Shown here piece by piece: positions 29,884-53,479 of a stretch of 64,000 nt of DNA. Location of the stretch: assembly GCA_020137815.1 (NCBI GenBank), contig CM035360.1:5456001-5520000 (forward strand). The letters run 5' to 3'. Origin of the DNA: Hormiphora californensis. Its lineage: Eukaryota; Animalia; Ctenophora. A program made the position numbers and the translations under genes. Below the pieces are notes generated by a model. The model was not told the origin of the DNA and made no database searches. It worked only from the letters and a program-made list of their open reading frames with translations. Position 1 is the first letter of the stretch. Every line of letters begins with the position of its first letter.

Positions 29884-31353
29884 CACGGTGCCCCTGAAGG
29901 ACGTTCCACCTCGACCGAGTCCCCCAGCAAAACGAACGGTTGTGTGACCTAAAGGGGACCTCTGGGAACTACGGAGGACCGTGGGGGAAAAGATTTAAAA
30001 GTAGCCTAAAAAATTAAAACGATAGAAAGATAGCTATCGTTTTTTTCACTTTGAAAATACGACATTTCTTTAACAAAATCCTTGATCAGGAAGATGCAAG
30101 TGTCTCCCACCTATTTTTTGACGTAGAATCGAATGCCGTTGAAGTCAAATCTCTAAAATGTTAGAAAAATGGTGAAAATCGCGTTTTTAGGTGTTTTTTG
30201 GTGAAAAAAAGCGTTCAAACTGGTACTAGATGATGAGATAGAGTCCCAAAAGTATGACAAATCGCTTTTTTGGGACCTTTTCGCCCTAGAAGCAGATTTT
30301 TATGAAAATCTGGTTCAGCGCCTATTCTCTGTATACTTTCAAAGAAGGTGAATATTGCTCTAATTTAGCCAATTTTGAAGAAAAGTCATCCAAAACAGTA
30401 CTAGATGATGAGATAGTGGCCCAAAAATATAACTAATCGATGTTTTGGGTCTTTTCCGTCCTAGAAACAAATTTGCATGGCGGTCGGATGATACGTTTCC
30501 TCTCGGTAGGCCTCTGAAGTAGGTGGAAATAGCCAAAATATAGCGATTGCGGCAAATGAATGTGAATAAACGTTTACCAAACCCACTTCATCATCATGTA
30601 TGGCTCTTGCATAGTCCAGTAGCCCAGAGATAGGTCATACATGATGCTAAAGTGGGTTTGGTCAACGTTTATTCACATTCATTTGCCGCAATCGCTATAT
30701 TTTGGCTATTTCCACCTACTTCAGAGGCCTACCGAGAGGAAACATATCATCCGACCGCCATGCAAATTTGATTCTAGGACGGAAAAGACCCAAAACATCG
30801 ATTAGTTATATTTTTGGGCCACTATCTCATCATCTAGTACTGTTTTGGATGACTTTTCTTCAAAATTGGCTAAATTAGAGCAATATTCACCTTCTTTGAA
30901 AGTATACAGAGAATAGGCGCTGAACCAGATTTTCATAAAAATCTGCTTCTAGGGCGAAAAGGTCCCAAAAAAGCGATTTGTCATACTTTTGGGACTCTAT
31001 CTCATCATCTAGTACCAGTTTGAACGCTTTTTTCACCAAAAAACACCTAAAAACGCGATTTTCACCATTTTTCTAACATTTTAGAGATTTGACTTCAACG
31101 GCATTCGATTCTACGTCAAAAAATAGGTGGGAGACACTTGCATCTTCCTGATCAAGGATTTTGTTAAAGAAATGTCGTATTTTCAAAGTGAAAAAAACGA
31201 TAGCTATCTTTCTATCGTTTTAATTTTTTAGGCTACTTTTAAATCTTTTCCCCCACGGTCCTCCGTAGTTCCCAGAGGTCCCCTTTAGGTCACACAACCG
31301 TTCGTTTTGCTGGGGGACTCGGTCGAGGTGGAACGTCCTTCAGGGGCACCGTG
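29884..31353. mobile_element. 1.47-kb foldback non-autonomous DNA transposon, Chapaev/CMC-like ends
   Basis: Near-perfect inverted arms of ~720 bp around a short spacer (~30605-30631); termini CACGGTG / CACCGTG; 4-bp TSD tgaa on both sides. Confidence 0.9.
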
Positions 31354-31609
31354 TGAAAAGAACGTACAGCTATATGGTTTTGTTGGGGGAAGATTTTTGA
31401 AATCGGTATAACAATAATTAAACAGACAACTCCAATCCCTTCGTGTCACACTCCTCTTTCTCATTTCGCACAACATCAATAACATAGCTTCAAGAGAGCA
31501 CGAATAAATTAACGAGCAAATTTAAAATAATTCCAGAAAACAATATCATCAGTCTCTAAAAGCTTCCAGTAGTCCATTTCTCTCTCTATCTCTACCTCCC
31601 TCTCTCACC

Positions 31610-42372
<10,763 letters not shown>

Positions 42373-44475
42373 CAACTTAATGTTAATATATCATCTCATG
42401 GTGCATGTGCTAACAACTCGAACTGCAAAATGAGGCATTTGGAGCAGGCAGTCAGGGAGGACGATGAGGTGTTACAGGGGCGTGGATATTTAAAGAGGGA
42501 GAGAGAGAGAGTAGACCACATGATAGAGAGAGAGGAGAAGGAAGAGAGAGTAGAACGAATGCATAGACTTAGATTAGATCATCATGGATGCTACATCGAG
42601 AATGAAATGAGCTTGGGCATGTGGCTTTTTGGTTCCGGCCTGCTTCTCTCTCTCACTTTTTCTACTGGGCGGGATGGGTTTCTCTTCGGCGGGCCTCTCG
42701 TCCGCCTTGCGTTCTATGTTCTCTATACTAACTGTGACATGGTATGACGTCTACGACACTACACAGTAACACAACTGTTTACAGGGACCTGCAGCATTGC
42801 GAAACATTAACTTAACTCAATGCTCTATTTTAAGGTTATGTAGGTTGCACAATATTGACTTGAGCAATAATTCCTAAAACAATTCTTTCTCTCACAAAAG
42901 ACTGCCCTCATCTGAACACACTGAACTCAGAACTTTAACAGTAAAGCAACATTCCCCTGTGTGGTGTTTTCTAGAACTTGTATTGCACATTCGGGGAGGC
43001 TGTGAAGTCAACAAAAAGAAAACTACTCAACAACTGGTTGTTGAAAATTCCCGCAACACCGAGAAACAAGTTATCACACTCTGAATAGAGGACGAGAATA
43101 ATATGTAACGACACGAGAGAGATGAGAAACAGAGGTAAGTTGATCAATGTACACGATGTGAGAGAGGGCCCTAGCTTGCTCTTGAAACTCTAGACGCTAG
43201 TCAGTGTTTGTTTTTCATCTTTCCACTGCCAATATATTCGCTTCCTTTTTAAATTTTCTAGTTTTTATTCTATGATCTGATGTTCCTATCAATATTTTCC
43301 TTTCTCAATTCTTTCCCTGACTCATATAATATGACGTTGACAGGTATTTAAAAACACCTGCTTCAACCTAAATACACACTGCAAGAAAAACAGAGAGAGA
43401 GAAAGAGAGAGAAAGAGAGACAGAGGGGGAGAAAGAGAGACTAAGAGAGGGAGAAAGAGAGAGAGAGAGAGAGACAGAGAAATGGAAGAAAGATATTGGT
43501 CAACAAGGGATCAGTGATAGGAGCCGTACCATGTGAAAGGACAACTACAGTCGCAGAGATTGTACAATATGAATATGGATGCCGATATCAAGGAGAAAAA
43601 CACAATAGATCACATCGAGCTCCATGACTTTTCATGTGGCTATGTGAATAACACTCCACATGCCAAACAACATACAATGCCCAAAAGCAGAGGAAAATGG
43701 AAACAGAAAAAATAGAAAACACAGCAAAACGCACCTAACTTCATTATCAAACGAGAGGCAGGGTTTCATGGAACTACGTCCTATCTGCGATATATGTGGG
43801 TTGCATAATCATTATTAAGTGAAGGAATGATATTCCTGTAAGATAAAATAAAGAGTGAAGGCCAAAGAAGTCAAAAACAGTGAAGAAAGAAAAAAGACAC
43901 ACAATTTAAGAGTTGAGAGTAATTATTTTGGACAGCTGCAGACAGCAACGTGCGTCATATAAGTTAATCCGGGCAAAATCATGTTATGTGGGGGGATCTT
44001 TCTTTCTTTTACTTTCTCTCATGATAGGTATTTGGGAGGACACAACTCTCTCTCTATCTCTCTGCTTTAATTTGAAATGTAGTAGATCTCGACTACTAAG
44101 GGAGCTGGTGCAGTACTGTGGAGATCATGCTGTCAAGGACAGAAATGGAAAATGAGATTGAGATCATACGACATACACAGCTCAGATGAATTGTATGATA
44201 CTGTTGTGGGAGGGAGTCTGAATACCCTCGTTCAGAAACAAAATATATCTTGGGTCGAGGAACAAGGGTATACCATAAATAGCAAGCCCCCCGCTCCTGG
44301 CCATGGTACATTCGCCCATGTCTAGTTTTAGATAAAAAGAAAGAAACTAGAAAGCAGAACGTTTAAACACATTTCCTGGTCCCCAAAACCCGGAAGCCAC
44401 AATGTAAAAAATTAAGAGGTAGAAGAGGTATAGAGAGGTAGAGATAAAGATAAAAATAAGAGAGAGAGAATAAAG

Positions 44476-44575
44476 NNNNNNNNNNNNNNNNNNNNNNNNN
44501 NNNNNNNNNNNNNNNNNNNNNNNNNNNNNNNNNNNNNNNNNNNNNNNNNNNNNNNNNNNNNNNNNNNNNNNNNNN
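44476..44575. other. Assembly gap (100 N)
   Basis: Run of N. Confidence 1.
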
Positions 44576-45161
44576 GGAGAGAGATGTCTCAATTGTATTA
44601 TGTAACAGTTAACAACACAACAAAGCCAAGTGTGTAGCTGTGATAGGTATGACAGTAATTATAATTAAAGACAGGGAGACAGGAGGAGAAGAGAGAATGA
44701 GGAAGAGAGGGGGAGAGAATTATCTGATAATGATTGGATAAATCAATGGAGCAACAAAAGGTAGATTTAACAGCAGGTTACTGTTATAACACAGAGGACA
44801 AGAGAGAGAAATGCGGCTCACATAAAACTGTACAATGTCCAGTGTCCACCTTAAAACAGCTAATAAAATAGACCTATCATATTTGTACAGGTATAAGAGA
44901 GATGAGAGGGCAAAGCGAGGCAGGGAAAGAAGTGTGAAACGCGGAACTGCACTTGATTGATGGAGAGTAATTGGCTCATCCGGCAAGAGAACGAGAGAGG
45001 AGGAGAGATCGTTGGTGAACCCACTAACAGTGAGAAGAATTCAGAGATAAACAGGGATTCTGAGAGACGCAGCCACCACCAGCAGGATGATGTGGGAATA
45101 CAATAACAGATCTACATTGCACACAACGTGAGAGAGCCAGATCAGAGAGTGTGAACAATTG

Positions 45162-45192
<31 letters not shown>

Positions 45193-45582
45193 CCCAGTAC
45201 TCTCCCTATTCCCTAACATTTCAGTGTGAGTGAAAATACCTATCTTTTCTGTTCTTTTTTAGGACTCAGAACATAACTCTTCAAGAATATAAAAGTACTG
45301 CACATAATTGGCCTCTTGACAACTATTCCTCGCTTTTCTATCCATATATTTAGACTTCAGTCTATCTCTCTCTCTCTCACCCTCTATCTACATCTCTCTC
45401 CCACTCTATCTCACTTTGCTCCACCGTTTCCTAAAAAGGGCAGTTCCCTCATGGAGCGACAACACAAAATAACACACAACATCTGCCAAACGAAATGTAC
45501 TGAGTGTGTTTGGAAGTGACGAAAGCCTCTCCTGTGTGATAAGAACACACACAACATGAAGCGGGAGACAAAGCCAAGAGGG

Positions 45583-45788
<206 letters not shown>

Positions 45789-46175
45789 TGATAGTATATA
45801 TCGAGTGACAAATGTGTAAACCAAGTGTTCCCGGTAATTGGAACGAACCGCCGAACAATATACGTGCTCTGCTGCGTTAGAGGACCTTCAACAAAGGGGA
45901 CACACCGAACTGGCTGGGCTCCAACATTACGTTTTATAAATTGTTACATAGAACTATGTAAATAATTCCAGGATATTATAATGGGGCTGAATATTTCGTT
46001 TTTACTCCTCAAATCCCGTTTTCGGTACACCGATTTATAACTGAAATTAGCAAGTGACTATTTCAGCTACTCAGCCAGCTAAATTCGTTCCGGTGTAATT
46101 TAACCACATTTTATAATAATTTGTACTGATACTGTTGTATGTAAGGGACATCACAAACTCACATTACCCACTCAA

Positions 46176-47402
46176 CCACATTCGGGGCCTGGTAAGGCCC
46201 CCCGACCCGAATATAACCCAAACTCAACCCATCCCCCCTAAAACATCCCCCCTAAAACTAAAACAACGGGGCCGAGCCGACAGGCCCTTAATACCAGATG
46301 AAAAAAAACCATAAAACCATAAAACCATAACCATTCGGGGCCTGGCAAGGCCCCCCGACCCGAATATAACCCAAACTCAACCCATCCCCCCTAAAACATC
46401 CCCCCTAAAACTAAAACAACGGGGCCGAGCCGACAGGCCCTTAATACCAGATGAAAAAAAACCATAACCATAACCGTAAACCATAACCATAACCATAGAT
46501 ATTTTTAGAGTGAAAGTTTTGAAGCCCCCTGAAGTAGTAGAGAGGTGTTCTATGGCTCGTTGGAAAGATCTCGAGGTCCCGCGACGTATAGGGGGTGTGG
46601 CGATGGCCATACCCAAACCTATAAGGGGTAGGACGCGAAAAAACAGTCAAAATAAGGGGTATACAGAACTCGGCAATTAGAAGGAGTAGAAAGGTGTTCT
46701 AGGGTGCGTTCGAAAGCTCTCGAGGTGCTGAAGTAATTGGAATGTAATTGGAAGTAATTACATGTAATTAAAGGGTAATTACATGTAATTAAAAGGTCTA
46801 AATGACCCCAAATGACAATTTAGACATATTTTGACATATTTGGAGGCTCTGAGACCAGCGGGTGGCCAAATTTAATCAGGTTTCGGGTCGGCTGACGTAA
46901 AAACTCCGCGTTTTGGTCGAGGTAACCATAAAACCATAAAACCATAAAACCATAGATATTTTTAGAGTGAAAGTTTTGAAGCCCCCTGAAGTAGTAGAGA
47001 GGTGTTCTATGGCTCGTTGGAAAGGTCTCGAGGTCCCGCGACGTATAGGGGGTGTGGTGATGGCCATACCTAAACCTATAAGGGGTAGGACGCGAAAAAC
47101 AGTCAAAATAAGGGGTATACAGAACTCGGCAATTAGAAGGAGTAGAAAGGTGTTCTAGGGTGCGTTCGAAAGCTCTCGAGGTGCTGAAGTAATTGGAATG
47201 TAATTGGAAGTAATTACATGTAATTAAAGTGTAATTACATGTAATTAAAGAGTAATTACATTTAATTAAAAGGTCTAAATGACCCAAATGACAATTCAGA
47301 CATATTTTGAAATATTTGGAGGCCCTGAGACCAGCGGGTGGCCAAATTTAATCCTGTTTCGGGTCGGCTGACGTAAAAACTCCGCGTTTTGGTCGAGGTA
47401 AC
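46176..47402. repeat. Compound tandem repeat: two ~153-bp units then two ~450-bp units separated by (AACCAT)-like microsatellite
   Basis: 46176-46330 matches 46330-46480; 46493-46926 matches 46950-47402. Probably transposon-derived. Confidence 0.85.
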
Positions 47403-47601
47403 ATTTAAATATGCGAGTTTTAGAAAGATATATAATTCATTGTGTGTATAAATGCAACCCTGGACACAAGTGTGTATGTAAGACCTGCAAGAGGACACAC
47501 AAAGGATATTATAATTTCCCGAGTCCGGTAATTCTAGGAGATTAACTAATTATGCCAAATCAGCCTGGCTACCCTCCTTTGTTAGATGTATGAGACCGAG
47601 A

Positions 47602-47703
<102 letters not shown>

Positions 47704-48186
47704 GGACAAAGGGAGAGACTGAGTATGTGGAGAGGAACGAGAGAGGAAGCAAGTGAAGGAACAAGAGGTTGATAGAAGAGAGGTTTGTTGCCTCTGGGGA
47801 GTGGGTTTGCACATCTGGATTCTGTGTTCCTATCTCATAGGAGGGGATGGATAGGAGGGGATGGATGGGGGAATCAGACACATAAAATAAACGTCAATTT
47901 TTGTCAGTTGTAGAACTTAGTTAAAATAACAGAACAAAACATAATAATAGTAATAATAAGTGTAATAGAAATCGAACAAACCCCAGAACCAATCTCAAAC
48001 TGTGTAGATCTGATTTTCCTCTTTTTTCACTTTTCACTCTCTTTGTAAAACATTTCTTGAAAAGTAACAAAATTCTGAAGTTTATAAAACTGTATCTCCG
48101 TACACAAAGGGGGTGAGTATCATTTGCTGATCTGTCGGCTATCAGTTCATATATATCAGGAATGTAAGAAATTAATATATTTGGTT

Positions 48187-48616
48187 TCACACCGATGATT
48201 GGATGTTGATGTTAGCGTAACGGGGTTCCGGTGAATCTGGAGGTGGATCTGGTTGATTAGGCTCCGCTCGGATCTTGGCATAAATCGGCCCCTCGCCGGT
48301 CTCCCCTGGTTTTTGTTTCTTTATCTCCTTTACCTTTTTCTTCTCATCCTTGTACTTCTCCGACTTTCTAAATTCAACACGTGCATACTGACTGCTCTCA
48401 GGCGGGGCTTCATCATCCCCAGTTGCTAGCACTGCATAGTCCGGATCAGGAGCTGGTACTGTATCGGATTTACACAACTTTGCTCGCTTTGATTTCCGCC
48501 ACAGTAGGAATACTATGATGGCGACTATGACGATCAGGACTACCACAGCACATATGATACCAACTATCGCTGCGTTGGGTATCGTGTTCTTGGACCTGCT
48601 GGAGGAGCTTCCCATT
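48187..48616 (-). CDS. Single-pass membrane protein with a tyrosine-motif cytoplasmic tail (terminal exon, or a complete 142-aa ORF from ATG 48615)
   Basis: Acceptor cccccttttag precedes MGSSSSRSKNTIPN-AAIVGIICAVVVLIVIVAIIVFLLW-RKSKRAK; the tail has DYAVL, SQYARV, PIYAKI and RYANI. Confidence 0.75.
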
Positions 48617-49418
48617 CTAAAAGGGGGGGGGGGTTGTAAATTAATTGGACTGAATACAGAAAAAGGGATACTCCCTTGGTGCAACAAATTAATCATTTGC
48701 CCCAGTATTGTTATATTGTTGAAGCGAATAGTGGGCGATGAGTATATGACCAAGGCAAAAGGCATAATACTACTGGGTATGTGAGTCATATATGGAAGGA
48801 AAATGAGAAACAGATATCATATTGCAAGAAGAAAAAACAAACTCGGGCACACCCAGCCTGTCATAGTATAACACAGCACAAAGAAGCTGACAAAGTGGCG
48901 GACTAATACAGATAACATAACAGGTGATACACACAAGAAACACAGCATGAGAGGACGTGATATACCACACGCATGAGAAATCACTGCACTGGCTCCACTA
49001 AAAATTGCACTTACCATGAGCCAACTTGTAGCTTCTACCGGCTACTCTTGTCCAGTGTCCTGCACCTGGGTTGGCTCATGGGGGTTGCAATTGTAAGTGG
49101 AATTGGTGTCACAACAATCTCTCAAGCATTTGCCGTCTCATGTCCTCTCATGCTATGGTTGCATTTTATTTTCCGTTGACTTTGGGCATCTATGGATACA
49201 TTTAGATCAATCATCAAGTTTCGGTGAAGTGGGCACTAGGTAGTGAATATGAACTTCACAATTTATAATGAGTCAATATAGAAAAATATATGACTCTCCC
49301 GCTCTTACACTATACGTATAAAATATATATCTATATATATCAAACTTTTCAACACTACTTTAAACAAATTAATTTGAGGAGCGGCAACCCCCTCCTCAAC
49401 CCCTGTAGACGCAGCCAA

Positions 49419-50561
49419 ATGACCGATGACCAGACCGTCAAAGATGTACTGGCGGAGCTGAAAAATGCTGTCGGAGCGAAGGGGAAGGTAGTGATTGAGG
49501 CCTACGACTACCATGCCGATCATACCGTTAATGTGGACTCCATTGCAAGTAAGAAGGTGGAGGAACTGCGTCCGGTCTGTAAGGCTCTAAACGTGTTACT
49601 TGTCGGGCGGGATGGGAAAAACCGAGAAACGACGGAGTTGGCGGATAAGATCGTCCTACGTATTGAGGGGTTGTTTCCTATCGGCTGTCAAGATTGTGGT
49701 GAAAATTACAGGGTTAAACTTGGTACCACACCCCCTTCATCTTGTTTTCTTTGCGGACAAGGGGCCCACTCATGCAAGCAGTCAATTGAGGGGAACCGTA
49801 AAGGCTCAGTGTGGGTTTGCTCGTATTGCTGGGAGAAAAATGAGCCTAACACCGACATCACTGTTGTTGAAATGCCAGAGATAAAGCCCGGTGATGAGAA
49901 AAAGGACGAACCAGAGGATGATGGAAAAACTCTGGAACTGACCCCAGAGAACGTGTGTAAGCACTTTCTCAACCGGAAGTGTCGCTATGGACGAAATGGA
50001 ACCAAGGAAGTAGAGGGGAGGTCATGTCCGAAACTCCACCCGAGACTCTGCAAGAGGTTTTGTAACTATGGGGCATCGAAACGCTTTGGATGTGTGAAAG
50101 GTGGTTCGTGTAAGTTCTACCACCCTCCCCTATGCAAGGGATCTGAGGTGAGACGGGAGTGCTATGATAAATTGTGCACACTGAATCACCTTCTACATAC
50201 AAAACGGGATCGCAGAGAAGGGAGAGAAGAAGATCGACCGGTCCAGGACAGGACCAGGAAAGCGCACTCCCAGGCAGCTGGAGACCGGGCGGAAGATTTT
50301 AACTCAAAACGCCCAAAGCAAGCTCCTGGAAACAGGAACAGGAACCCGGCTGAAAAGTTCTCCCAGCCAGACGAGAGGGTTACCCATGATTTTTTGGAGA
50401 TGAAACTGGAAGTTCTGAAAGCCGAGATACAACAGTCGGTGATGACCCAGTTTTTGGACTTAAAGTCGTTTCTGCAGCGGCAGTGCGGAGCAGGGGAGAA
50501 ACCCCACAATCCTTGGGGACTAGCAGGAACCCAGCCCCTGTATCAAACTTTCGCCTATTAA
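49419..50561 (+). CDS. LINE ORF1 protein with a PHD finger and tandem CCCH-like zinc fingers
   Basis: CQDC...CFLC...HSC...WVCSYC, then CKHF...C...C..H repeats; likely start MTDDQ at 49419. Confidence 0.85.
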   Translation: MTDDQTVKDVLAELKNAVGAKGKVVIEAYDYHADHTVNVDSIASKKVEELRPVCKALNVLLVGRDGKNRETTELADKIVLRIEGLFPIGCQDCGENYRVKLGTTPPSSCFLCGQGAHSCKQSIEGNRKGSVWVCSYCWEKNEPNTDITVVEMPEIKPGDEKKDEPEDDGKTLELTPENVCKHFLNRKCRYGRNGTKEVEGRSCPKLHPRLCKRFCNYGASKRFGCVKGGSCKFYHPPLCKGSEVRRECYDKLCTLNHLLHTKRDRREGREEDRPVQDRTRKAHSQAAGDRAEDFNSKRPKQAPGNRNRNPAEKFSQPDERVTHDFLEMKLEVLKAEIQQSVMTQFLDLKSFLQRQCGAGEKPHNPWGLAGTQPLYQTFAY

Positions 50562-53479
50562 ATGCTAGGAGTTTCTGTCCATCAGCTGAAAGTACCTGGA
50601 AGTTAGAGGTAGTGCGTGATATGGTGGACGAGGACGCCACACCAGTGGCATTTTTGGGGATCACCGAGACCTGGTGGCGGTGTTATATGACTGAGGCCCA
50701 GGTACAAATCCCCGGGTACAACCTTGCTAGGTGTGACAGGCAGGGCAGAGTTGGAGGAGGTTGTGCACTTTATATCCACGACAGCATGGCGATATCAGAC
50801 CAGATCGAATACTCCGATAGAGACAGTAACTTGTCAGCAGTATACATCGGCAGCAAACACATGGTCGCTGCTGTGGTGTATCGAGTTGGTTCGAATGTGG
50901 AAGGATTTCAAAGGATGATGCATAGGCTGCAGGTATTTGTTGATTTTCACAGCCAGGAGAACACGGTTCCTGATATATGGCTGGCTGGCGACTTCAACCT
51001 TCCCCTCTTGAAATGGGAAGGCGGTGTTCCGGAATTTGTTGACCAGCCTCTGTACAACACACTCCGCGATTTCATGGACACCAACCTTCTAACGCAGTTG
51101 GTATCATCACCAACCAGGGGAGATAATGTTCTTGATCTAGTGTTCACCAACAGGCCAGACTATGTCCTGGCGGTGAACTGCGACGACATCGGAATATCCG
51201 ACCATTCCATGGTGACATGTACTCTGGCATTTAACTGTACGGAAAGGGTGGAGAGAGACCTACGGGAGAAAACAGAGTTTGCAGCGCTCAGCTTATTGGA
51301 CATGGATTTTGAGAGGGCAAACACGTTGTTTGAGGAGGTGGACTGGGACCTCCTGTATCTCCTCTGTTCTGAAGGTTGCAGTGATTTTTTGGAACTGATG
51401 AGGCTTACAGTTCTACAGATATCCACTATGTGTGCCCCACCTAAAAGGGTTGGCAAGAAGTGGAGAGATAAGAAGTTGAGACACCTGCGGAGCCGGCGGA
51501 GGAAACTCAACCGGCGGATGGTCAGGGCATCTGGTAACCTGAAACAGCGGCTGGAGGAAAAGGTGGACAGAGTAACGATGGACATTAAGGAGCACGTGAA
51601 AGATCAACAGCAAGCTAGAGAAGAAAAAGTTGCAGCGGCGGTTAAGTTGAACCCTAAGTACTTCTTCACCCACGCCAAATCCTTCTCCAAGGTGAAGTCC
51701 TCGGTCTCTCCACTCGCGAGGGAAGATGGTTCTCTGACAACAGATTCTAGGGAAAAGGCAGACCTGCTGCAGCGGCAATACGTGAAGGTCTTCAGTAACC
51801 CAGCGGATGTGGATCCAGAGAAGGCAATCGAGAAAATCCCTGAGAACAATGTGGAAATCTTGGATATCGAGTTTTTCCAGGAGGATATCGAAAAGGCACT
51901 AAAGGAGCTTAAACCCAACTCAGCAGCCCCACCGGGAGATATCCCAGCTGTCATTCTAAAAAGCTGTTGCAGCAGATTAGCGTACCCGATTTGGCTTCTC
52001 TGGAAGGAGTCTTTCAATACAAGTACCATACCAGCAGCAATGAAAGAACAGTTTATCTGTCCAATCTTTAAGAAAGGGGATCGCTCGCTGCCTGAGAATT
52101 ACCGACCGGTGGCTATCACGTCACATATCTCCAAAACATTTGAGAGGGTGCTGCGAGACCACCTGACGAACTTCTTGGAGAAAGCAGAGCTTCATTGCGA
52201 CAGGCAGCACGGCTTTCGAAAGGGGCGAAGTACGATGACTCATCTCCTCGCCCATATAGATAGAGTATTAAAACAGCTCACTGAAGGGAATGAAGTGGAC
52301 GTGTTGTATCTGGACTTTCAAAAAGCATTTGATAGAGTTGATACACGTGTCTTACTCAAAAAGCTTCATCGTTATGGTGTCCGCGGCAAACTGTTGGCTT
52401 GGATAAAGGAGTTCCTCACCAACCGGAAGCAGACAGTACTTGTGGACGGGGAGCAATCATTTTGGGAATTCGTGGTCAGTAGTGTAATCCAGGGCAGCGT
52501 ACTGGGGCCAGTCCTTTTCATATTTTATGTACTCGACCTGAAAGACTGCCTCTCAAGTGCAGACTCGATGTCTTTTGCCGATGACACTAAGCTGATCCAG
52601 GCTATCCAGACCCTTCTTGACCAAGTGGAACTTCAAGAGGACATCAAAAATGTTAGTCAGTGGTCGTCCAATAACAACATGAGGCTTCACGAGAAGAAGT
52701 TTCAGCTAATGATATACCCCCTAGGCAAGTCCCAGTTGCTTAGGGAGCTACCTTTCACGGCTGAAACCCTGAGCTATGTTACGGAAGCAGGTACGACTGT
52801 GGAACCTGAACAGCACGTAAAGGACCTCGGCGTATGGTTGTCGGCGGATGGTACATGGACTTATCACATCAATGACATCGTTAGGAGGGCCAACCGGATT
52901 GCGGGATGGATTCTGAGCGTGTTCAGATGTAGATCTCAGGAGGTATTACTGACTCTATACAAGGCCTTGGTTCGTCCCATTCTAGAGTACTGCTGCTTGG
53001 TTTGGTCACCGTCCAAGGTAGCTGACATTCAGGCGCTGGAGAACGTTCAGCGAGCTTTCTTAAGAAAGATCTATGGGATGAATGAGCTGACCTACTGGGA
53101 GCGGTTGGAGACACTGAAAATCATGTCCCTTCAGAGGCGACGGCAGAGGTACGAGCTTATACATGTCTGGAAAATCTATCATGGACTAGTACCTAACTGT
53201 GTAGGAATGGAATTCCAGACAGGCCGCTTGGGGATACAGGTCAAAACGCAGAAGTATCCTTATTGGGCTGATAGGAGGCGAGCTACCCAGCTGTTCAACT
53301 CGTTCAGTTACAGGGCTCCTCAGCTGTGGAATAAACTGCCCCGAGAGGTGACTCTTTGTGAAACATTGGCAGGGTTTAAGGCTAGCCTGGGTTCTTTCAT
53401 GAAGGAGTACAAGGACAGGCCTCCGGTGAGAGGGTACCCCACGGTCCCGAATGACTTCAGTCAGGCGGCGAAATCTTAG
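50483..53479 (+). CDS. LINE ORF2: AP endonuclease plus reverse transcriptase
   Basis: LNARS, ITETW, GDFN, LDL, SDH; NYRPV, QHGFR, DFQKAFD, QGSVLGP, FADD. Confidence 0.97.
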   Translation: MRSRGETPQSLGTSRNPAPVSNFRLLNARSFCPSAESTWKLEVVRDMVDEDATPVAFLGITETWWRCYMTEAQVQIPGYNLARCDRQGRVGGGCALYIHDSMAISDQIEYSDRDSNLSAVYIGSKHMVAAVVYRVGSNVEGFQRMMHRLQVFVDFHSQENTVPDIWLAGDFNLPLLKWEGGVPEFVDQPLYNTLRDFMDTNLLTQLVSSPTRGDNVLDLVFTNRPDYVLAVNCDDIGISDHSMVTCTLAFNCTERVERDLREKTEFAALSLLDMDFERANTLFEEVDWDLLYLLCSEGCSDFLELMRLTVLQISTMCAPPKRVGKKWRDKKLRHLRSRRRKLNRRMVRASGNLKQRLEEKVDRVTMDIKEHVKDQQQAREEKVAAAVKLNPKYFFTHAKSFSKVKSSVSPLAREDGSLTTDSREKADLLQRQYVKVFSNPADVDPEKAIEKIPENNVEILDIEFFQEDIEKALKELKPNSAAPPGDIPAVILKSCCSRLAYPIWLLWKESFNTSTIPAAMKEQFICPIFKKGDRSLPENYRPVAITSHISKTFERVLRDHLTNFLEKAELHCDRQHGFRKGRSTMTHLLAHIDRVLKQLTEGNEVDVLYLDFQKAFDRVDTRVLLKKLHRYGVRGKLLAWIKEFLTNRKQTVLVDGEQSFWEFVVSSVIQGSVLGPVLFIFYVLDLKDCLSSADSMSFADDTKLIQAIQTLLDQVELQEDIKNVSQWSSNNNMRLHEKKFQLMIYPLGKSQLLRELPFTAETLSYVTEAGTTVEPEQHVKDLGVWLSADGTWTYHINDIVRRANRIAGWILSVFRCRSQEVLLTLYKALVRPILEYCCLVWSPSKVADIQALENVQRAFLRKIYGMNELTYWERLETLKIMSLQRRRQRYELIHVWKIYHGLVPNCVGMEFQTGRLGIQVKTQKYPYWADRRRATQLFNSFSYRAPQLWNKLPREVTLCETLAGFKASLGSFMKEYKDRPPVRGYPTVPNDFSQAAKS

